A DNA stretch of 57,414 nucleotides, the filler included, from Dimargaris cristalligena (Eukaryota): the NCBI GenBank assembly GCA_003614675.1. It is 3 parts of 3 records of this genome, joined end to end, with 100 filler letters (N's around TTAATTAATTAA, not from the genome) between each part and the next. Parts side by side here need not be neighbours in the genome. Positions count along the whole stretch, not along the records: positions 38,372 to 57,414 come from ML002741.1; 2 more parts are not named here. One strand, written 5' to 3'. A model generated the notes under the pieces. It did not search any database, was not told the DNA's origin, and worked only from the letters and a program-made list of their open reading frames with translations. A program made the position numbers and the translations under genes. Shown in pieces: positions 49,353-57,414 of the stretch (positions are counted from its first letter, which is position 1; each line of letters starts with the position of its first letter).

Positions 49353-52268
49353 AGTGCCGTGCTTGGATGAACTATCGTGCCTGGGGCAGGCGATTTATCC
49401 GTCGTATACCCACATTCGATTTTATCAACCTGGGTCGTCCTGCTAACATACAACATAGAATCCTACATAAATTAGAAAGATGGTCACTATCGGTGTACAC
49501 CCTTCAGCAGGGTTGATTCAAATATATTATTACTAAAACAACCCAGTTTAACTAGATGTCGATGGTCAACTATTTGCTAAGTTGGTTGGCAGTGGGGCTT
49601 GATAGTGCGGGAAGTGCTGAGGTTTAATCAAATATTTTAACATCTACAGTAGCTGTGCCTGCTGGTTTTGGTGCGGTGTTTTACCGGGGCCTTTTGCCTT
49701 AGAATTGACCTGATCCATACCAAATGGGCCAAGCGATCGGTAAGAGTGGTGGTTGTTACTATGGCCTGTAATGAGGTTCGGTTTTCAGGACACCTGTCGT
49801 TGATAGAGCGATTCAAAAAAAAAACCTTCATCTGCAGTACCGCAGAGTATAGATAGGGAAAAATTTGACTAATTGACCGCTTCCTTTACCGGCTGCGATT
49901 CCATTGTCAACGGATAGCACGGTTATTTAAATCAGATTTCCTTTATTTTATCTTGTTTTTCTATCGATCGGAGTATTACATTGTTTTATTTGCCATGTAT
50001 CAACGTCAACGGCCTCCTCTCATTCAACAGTTCCATCCAACATCGACACAGCGAGTACAGTCGGCGATGCCAGAATTCCGAGTATCTGGCATTTTACCAC
50101 TACATACTTCAATTATTATATAGAGATCCCACAGTTCCAGTCAACTTAGAGGCAGCAAGTTGTCAGTCACAGGCGAAGTCCAAAAATAACCCACTGTTTT
50201 TTTCATTTCTACCATTCACTATTATCAAGATTTCAACCGGTGGCAAAATATGGGTGACCCACTGGTCTCTTCAGACCCATCATTTACTATCGTCGAGGCC
50301 ATTATTATTAATAATTTCACATATAATTCATTAATAGCATCAATTATGGTAGTTTGCTTATTTCATTCTTTTTCTTTAAATAAATGCGTATAAAATCCAT
50401 AACATTACATTCCTTAATGCCCTTGTTAGCCCTGCAATAAACATGAGCCACCCGCTGAGAACCACACACCCCTCTGCAGTGGCGGAATGCCCGGCCTAAC
50501 CGTTCCATCGAGCCGCGACACGACAGCAGTATGCTCAAACTTTATAATTCCCGCAAAAGAACCTAACAGAGTTACTTGGGATACTCCAACCAAGGCACCT
50601 ACATCCTTATGTAATCTGATAACCATGGGCAGTACACTTTAAAAAACCAACAGTGACCAGTTCTTCGAAGGTGTCCATTCTCTCGTCTTGAATTGTACAT
50701 TTATAATCTTACTGACTTCACTGAGTAGCCTACCCACGACTTTGAATCAAGTTTTGAACCTTTTCGGTTCTTTCATCTTATTATTTTTAAACCAAATCAT
50801 TTATTTAAGGTCAATTTATCTTATAACTGCTTACTGTAGTAGGAATACGTTTTTTTTGGCACCATGTATTAAGAGGGGTGCCATATGCTTGGCACGTCGG
50901 TTGAAAAAATTTCCGGTATCATGTCCTTGGGAGGCCTACCCATGTGGACCTTGACACAATAGTAAGGTGGTTAACCATTGCACCATATCCAGAGAAAAAT
51001 TCATTTACAGGATTGCTATTCTCAATCTATAGAAATATTTCTAAATCAATTGACAGTTCAATACCCTATATTTCCCCTTTTTTCTTGCAACTGTACTCAT
51101 TGCCTGAAACGAGCCTCATTGCTGTCAAATTCTACTTATTCCGCTCCTCCATGCATTTCTCCACCTGTTAGCTGAGGACCAACAAAGCCAATGTTATACC
51201 ACTTTGAGAATGATACCACGGCCAATTTCCCCATCCCTAGATCCATTTCTTCGAAATCAGAGTCACTCGTCACGAAAAATACATTTGTACCTAATAGTCG
51301 ATATTATATCAGCCCTGTTGGAATATTCCTCCTGGCTGCTTAGCCATTAGTCCATATAATCGGACAGGCGTTCCTCGCTGTAGATGTTTCTGAGCTGGCC
51401 CAGTAAGTCCACAGGGGCAATGCGTCTAGTGAGATATATTACGTAGCTACAGTTCAGGAGATCATAAACTAGATGAGGATTGATTATAATGCCATGGTAT
51501 TTTCAAGGAAGTCTAGAACTGCTGCACACTAGGGTAGTAGAAAGTCGTATCGGCACCGGGTGGGCCAATCTTGAGTTACCTTATCGATATTCTGAATTGG
51601 TTAGCCTAGTGAATAAATAGAAACTGTACGAACTCAGTGTATATAAGTTCAAAGTGTATTAAACAACGTCCCCAATTGGCGGCGAGGGGATTCACAATGA
51701 TTGATAGTATCAAGTATATAGAGATACAGGTGCTATAGGTAATGTAGAAGAGGGACTCTATAGTACATATAGGGCGAGTACCAAGCATATGGGCATCTAT
51801 CTATTTACAAGCGTAAAAATTCAACGGTGATTAAATGTACTAAACAGGTCAAATAATTACATATCAAATGATCGAATAATACCTAACCAATATTGAAAGT
51901 TCAGTTCCATTCTCAGTAGGCAGGACGTGTAGGTGTTCGTTAAAGGTAGCGTAATAGTTGCTGTCAACTAGACGACGACTTTGACATAGACACCTTAGTG
52001 CATCAATTTTACCTGGGGAGCAGTCGTGCTACCTTAAGGTATTATGATTACTATGTAGTATAAGGAATCTACTTCTACCCAATCAAGACGTACAGCATAA
52101 TGACTATGTTAAGTAGAGGCCACACTAGCTGCCTACGGGAGGGAGAATATGTATATTCCGCAGGTCAGCATATGGTGTATTCATATAATAAGTATATAAG
52201 CCAGGTTTGAGAAATTCAATCGGCATTAACTGAAATATGTATGTATGCCTTCAGGTAATTATGGATTA

Positions 52269-52412
52269 ATATGGGTGAAATTCAGCCCAGCTATATAAGG
52301 GTTTACATTATATGTGTATAGAAGAATATATGGGAAATTTATTTTTAGCTAGTAATATTGGCCCCATTTAATGGATTTTTCGTTATGCAGCTTGGATGAA
52401 CTTCTCCCATAT
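52269..52412 (+). mobile_element. 144-bp MITE (ATAT-bounded family)
   Basis: Imperfect 30-bp TIR: ATATGGGTGAAATTCAGCCCAGCTATATAA versus the reverse-complemented end ATATGGGAGAAGTTCATCCAAGCTGCATAA (24/30 match). Confidence 0.85.
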
Positions 52413-52616
52413 ATACCTATATGAGTGCTTTATTGGGATTGAAAAAAAAATTGTTTAAAATGTAAAGTAGTAGTCAAATATATTTAGTGAAAGTAACTGC
52501 ATTTTAAAGAATGCACCCCCATAAGTGTGATTCTTAAAAACTTAGTGGCTGGAAATCCAATGGAACAGCCAATGTATGGAGGTTAATTAGTACCTGACTT
52601 TGGGATATAGCCACTG

Positions 52617-53200
52617 TGTTAGACCATCTAATCTGACTTAATCCGGATACAATGATGTCCACCTCCATTAGGCCTTATAGCACCATATTAACCTTCCCAT
52701 GGTCACCCCCAGTACCATGGGATCACCCTATATCATATAACTATTCACCTTCCAGACTCCTTGTTCACATTTATCACTCTGGTGCCAATCTGAATACTCT
52801 TCTAGCTACTATTAGAGTATTCCAGATACTAATAGCCATCCAGTTGGCCTATTTACCTATACCTTAGTCTTAGTAGTATCCTTCCCTTGGGACCTCCCTC
52901 TGGAGTTATCCCTATGTATATATAACTGGTCCCCATTGGGACCAGTTAGATTCCTTAGCTTATTCTTACCCCCCTTAGTTTACCCCAATAAACTATATAT
53001 ATACTCACCCCCCTTGTATTGACTAGTAAGTGTACTCCCTGCATGTCCCTTACTTATATCTGAATTTGTAGCCTTTATTAGTTAGTACCATGTCCCCAAC
53101 CTAATGCTAAGACCAGCTTGGCTGAGCCTAAGCCTCACCTGCCATTAGAAGCCTATCCTCAGGACTCTTGATGGACTAAGAGTAGTTAACCTGGGTGATA
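52617..53200 (+). mobile_element. Solo LTR, family 1, copy D (584 bp)
   Basis: Termini TGTTAGACC...CTGGGTGATA. Flanks CACTG (52612-52616) and TACTA (53201-53205) form a 5-bp TSD with two transitions. Contains TATATATAA and AATAAA. Confidence 0.85.
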
Positions 53201-53388
53201 TACTAGACTACAATATTTACTAATAAACCAAAAAAAAACCTAAGTGATATTTTTCATTGATTGAGCTATAGAGTAAAAGTATCCCTATAAGTAAAAAATA
53301 CTGAAGCCATGGGAAGATTGATGTATGATGAGCAGACTTGGTGATAGGAGGGTTGCTAACATTTAGCTAACTGATTCTAAGACCATGC

Positions 53389-53697
53389 CTAATTGAGCAC
53401 ACCTATAGGGAGACTAGTTTGAATATTACCAAGTTTAGGAGTCAAGGAAGGCCTTGTCAGCAAGGGGGGCATTATGGGCTTTACTCCAGGGGACCGACTA
53501 TTATTTGGCTGACTTGGGACAGTTCTGCATGGAGAAACTGCTGTGGGGGCTGGCTTGGGCTGACGACAGTGGAGATGGGTGATCAATGCAGGCAACCCAG
53601 TATGTCTGTTATGGTCAGCTAAGAGACAGGCTAAGGAAAAGGGTGTTGCTACCATGGTGAGGAATGCAGCAGCAGTGATAGTGCCAATAAAGTACAT
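53389..53697 (-). pseudogene. Signal-peptide-bearing ORF, possibly the 5' part of a secreted-protein gene broken by LTR copy D
   Basis: MYFIGTITAAAFLTMVATPFSLA start in the context CAACATG, downstream of a TATA-like element (CCTATAAAAA on the minus strand, ~53832-53841) and a pyrimidine-rich leader. CpG-poor and pointing into the LTR. Confidence 0.35.
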
Positions 53698-55051
53698 GTT
53701 GTTGAGACTATTCCGAGAAGATGGGGGGGGGGGGGGGTTGTTGAACTATTTGTAAACCAGAGAGGGATAAGAGGGGGAAGTCGAAATGTGAAGATGCAGG
53801 AATAATGGTTTGAGGTGGGGCATAAGGGAGGTTTTTATAGGATTAGGTGGCCAGTCCATTGGTGCTTTGCAATTGCTTTATCCTCTCTGCCTACATCCAT
53901 GTTTCCCAATGATTGGTTATAGCCAGGATCCCCATTTGGTGCTTTTAGGAGTACACTGCTAATAACTCCTTGTGTATTTCACACTGCCTTGATCGACAGC
54001 CATGCACCATGAAGCCAGGCCCAATTTCCTGGGACCTCAACTGGGATCATCTGTTTATTAAAGAGTAGATCTGGGCCACCAAATGCACTGGGCGACTTTC
54101 CCCTCGTATGCAAATAGGGGATGAAGGGGAATGTTGGACTAGGTGGGTTATAAAAACCAATAATTGCCAAGATCCTGTGAGTGTCCACCTATCTATTCAA
54201 TCTCCAAGCACCAAAGTCCACAGGCTTTGGTTCATACCTTTAGTAGGCTTACAGATATATAGAGCGGAAGGCCACCAAGATAATATGGAGTAGAAATGTA
54301 GTTGCAGATTGTCGAATACCTTGCTACAGATGTGAGCGTAGGAGGTAAAGGACCACCTTCTATTCCCCCTCTCCCCTACCTCTCATTTAGCATCGCCTGT
54401 GATAGTGCCAGGATTTGCCCAAGGGTATGTAGACAAATAGTAGAGGCGATGGAAACTCAACGGGAGGGGATGGCAAGGGGAAGGGTTCGATGGATAATCC
54501 TTTAATCTGAAGATCTAGTTGATAAAGTGGGCGCCTCCTAACCAGGGTCACGCCCTTCCTCGTCTGGTACTCTCTTGACCCCGCCGTATATATTATGAAC
54601 GGTTACTCGGGACTCAAGAAAGAAAGTCCTGTGAAGAGAGCCGCCTGTTTTCTTTGTTAACTTCCTCATTTATTATTCATTGGTAATTTAAACTCGCGGG
54701 GTTAATTGGGGATACACACCCAGTGGATTTACGGCCCAGCCAATGATTGTATAACTAAGAGCCGCACTTCCAACGGGCCCCTGTAGCCCAAGATCCCTTT
54801 CCTTCCCCCTCTCCGTTGATCTCCTTATGAAAATAGCTTGGATTGCCGTCATTTCCTCCATCTAAATTGATTATCGGCATGAATAATATTAATATATTTG
54901 TAGGTGGGGTTGGTTAGGGCTTATGTATTGAAAGGGGCCGAGTTAAGCAACTCTGAGCCACTTTAATTATTAAGCGAATTGATGGTCAGTCCGCTGCGTA
55001 CAAATCTGTGCTTAAATATAGCTGGAAAAATTAAAACCACTTCAATCAAAC

Positions 55052-55194
55052 ATATGGGTGAAATTCAGCACAGCTGTATAAGTTTTACAAGATATATGTA
55101 TGGGATAATAGGTAGGAGATTTAATTTCAACCAGTAATATTTGCCCCACCCAGCGGATTTTTCGTTATACAGCTTGGATGAACTTCTCTCATAT
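55052..55194 (+). mobile_element. 143-bp MITE (ATAT-bounded family)
   Basis: ATATGGGTGAAATTCAGCACAGCTGTATAA...TTATACAGCTTGGATGAACTTCTCTCATAT. Confidence 0.85.
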
Positions 55195-55479
55195 TGTTCA
55201 GTATAGATAAGTTCAAGACTATGGTCGCTTTGAAGTGGATGCTAAGCATAAATTGATTGCAACGCAGTAGTATAATACAGCCCGTTTCAGGTTTGGCTGG
55301 TGGGGGTTGATTCAGAGGCCTGTCCGTTTAACTAAATGTCTAATGGTGGTACTGTTCAAATAACAACATGGGAACCCGATCAAGTAGCTATATGCTGGAA
55401 CCGGATTTTGGGACGAATGAGATACAATCCATACACTATGGGCTAACCATATATATTATCTAATGGAATGAATAGAACC

Positions 55480-56480
55480 TATAAGTGTAAGCCATTGGCT
55501 ACTCCGGGTTCTAGCAAATTTGGTACTGTGGTAACTTTTTTGGCTGGCCTATTCGGATTCTATTATCTGCACAATGGAATATGGGCATATGTGCGATTCT
55601 TTTATAGTGCCCTTAAAACCACGTGCCAGACTCCACAAAAGGGTAAAATTTACCGGGTGATAAATCAACATTGCATTGAAGACCCTGCCTACTGGGCAAT
55701 GCAATTGAGGTGCAATGGACAAGTACTCAGAGATGAAGGAATTATAATTATTTGCCAATATAAGCTATTTTATACAATACAACTGCCATTCTCAGCTTAT
55801 CCAGGGCGAAAAATACTGGATCGGTAATAGCAGTGGTAGAGCTTACATATTTATCATACGACAACAATATATGTATATTATGCATTTGTGCTGTCTCATG
55901 AAAGTGATTGCCCAGTACTATCGATGAAAGTTCCATTTCCAAATAGGATTTATGAAGATTATCAGTAGGGATCCCGGGATAAAATGAGGCTTCCCTGAAA
56001 TAATCCCTGACCACCTTACTCGCTGTTAGGTATCTTGCTTCATTTTTTTCTTTAGGATTTGGGGGCCTTTCTCCAGTCCAGTTGCCCCACTGGCTTCACA
56101 TCATGGTCTCCGATACTCACCAACCACCCGTAATGCTGGGCAGCTCCACTTGCGGCATACTATACTTGGGAAACTACGAAACGACCGTGAATTCCTTCTC
56201 AGGAGGGTTAAATGTCGTAGTGGAGGATCCCCGGCTAACCGGCACGGGAATGATCGAGGAAGCAGATGGGCTGGGTTTGGGGGTGCTGGATCTTGTGGTG
56301 GACAACGGGTGAGGCCATAGGGAAAATAAGGAATTACAATTGCCGAAGTGCTTCCGGAGAATGCTAGCGAAAATAAGAACCATTAATTAGAAAGTAATAT
56401 CTGCGAAATGCGAACTTCAATGGGTAGACAATAGTTGTTTTTCCGTCACCAGATTCCAACGTCTTCTATACGCGACTTCG
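55480..56480 (-). pseudogene. Possible decayed AAA-ATPase-like (P-loop) gene
   Basis: Fragments in a plausible order: SGDGKTT (~56446-56426), HILLSYDKY (Walker-B-like), YNSFISEYLSIAP, ICPYSIV. Several stops and frameshifts. Confidence 0.25.
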
Positions 56481-57159
56481 AACACTATAGAGATGGCTAT
56501 CGCTTTACAGAAGAAATACAGATTAAATCCATTAGCGAATGAGTTCATTGGAAATATGCCAATGAAAAAATGATTGGCATGTATTAATCCCAGTGTTGCT
56601 AAAATGGAAACTGTCAGAATAGATGTTGACAGGATAAAAGCAAACTAAACATGGGATTGCTGGTTTGATTAAGGGTGGGGTTTGAAATTTACCCCTGACA
56701 ATCAACCATGGTATACTGGACAGCACTGAGTATACCGAAACGAACACAGTTAATATAATAAAATACCAAAAATGGCGGATATAGTGCGATAAAGCGGACA
56801 TTGGCTGAAATCGTAGCTTATAAAAAAATAACCCATAATCACTAGCCTATGAAAATTATTAGTTTTACTGAAAACCCCAAACCGATTGCCAATGTTTGGA
56901 TTAAAACGTGTCGCTTAATGGTCGGGGTTCGTATATTATAGTCAGAAAACAGGTTCAACCTATAGCCATGTCCCATTATCTAGCCAAAACAATAATATAG
57001 GCAAACCGAATTTATTCAAATATATAAATATTAATAGAGAGGGATAAATAATAATAGGTGAGTGCCAGAAACTAATGGCGAGTGATTTTTAAGGGGGAGT
57101 ATTAATAATAGGCCAAGCAATCCATTCGAGGCTCACGACGAGAGTAAGCGCATAGTTTT

Positions 57160-57414
57160 CTAATCGCGCACCCGTTTACGGGGCGTAATGGCCACTTCTT
57201 CGGCGTCAGTGTCCTCCGACTCGGAGTCATCATCGGCCTCCATCTGATCCAACATTGGGTGCCACTCTTCTTCATTAGTCTCCGCGATTGCGCTGTCGTT
57301 TACCGTCCGGCGCTTACGTTTGGCGGAGACGGCCATACGGGCCGCCCGACGTTGATGGTGCACGGATTCCAATTTCCGCTGGGCAAAAGTATAGGCCCGC
57401 TCAAAATTCGTTTG
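57160..57414 (-). CDS. 3' end of a gene entering from beyond the window; basic and acidic tail, loosely like the C-terminus of a nucleolar protein such as Utp20
   Basis: Open frame from the window edge: QTNFERAYTFAQRKLESVHHQRRAARMAVSAKRKRR...EADDDSESEDTDAEE...PRKRVRD*. GC-rich with NLS-like clusters. The identity is uncertain. Confidence 0.55.
   Translation of the reverse strand, partial: QTNFERAYTFAQRKLESVHHQRRAARMAVSAKRKRRTVNDSAIAETNEEEWHPMLDQMEADDDSESEDTDAEEVAITPRKRVRD

Noticed and set aside
52652-52867. Short ORFs inside the LTRs and MITEs (also 6133-6330)
   Set aside because: They are not conserved as open frames between repeat copies.
6111-55194. CRISPR-like or prokaryotic repeat system from the recurring 30-bp motif
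   Set aside because: The copies are dispersed, paired as inverted termini of a fixed-length element, and sit in a spliceosomal-intron genome.

Overview
Eukaryotic DNA with GT-AG introns, most likely from an early-diverging (Zoopagomycota/Mucoromycota-type) fungus. It looks Dimargaris-like, which is an impression rather than an identification. The window is probably three unrelated contigs (1-19118, 19219-38271, 38372-57414; 19,118/19,053/19,043 bp) joined by 100-bp N44-TTAATTAATTAA-N44 linkers, so no synteny is inferred across the linkers. Well-supported genes: a cPLA2/lysophospholipase, Integrator subunit INTS7 (3 exons), a prephenate/arogenate dehydratase (3 exons), KICSTOR scaffold SZT2 (3'-truncated, with one frame break), complex I subunit NDUFB9 (2 exons), a secreted orphan protein and a His/Pro-rich orphan. 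Intergenic DNA holds decayed mobile elements: four ~580-bp solo LTRs of one family plus a fragment, a second-family LTR nested in one of them, a 144-bp MITE family always bounded by ATAT, and probable L1-like remnants. Most notable: (i) kb-scale CpG-free zones centred on the LTRs with CpA>TpA changes, suggesting RIP-like or methylation-driven hypermutation that spreads into flanks; (ii) the ATAT-bounded, possibly Sola-like MITE; (iii) an inverted, mostly synonymously diverged copy of dehydratase exon 2 on the other side of that gene's promoter and exon 1. All alignments and counts were done by eye.
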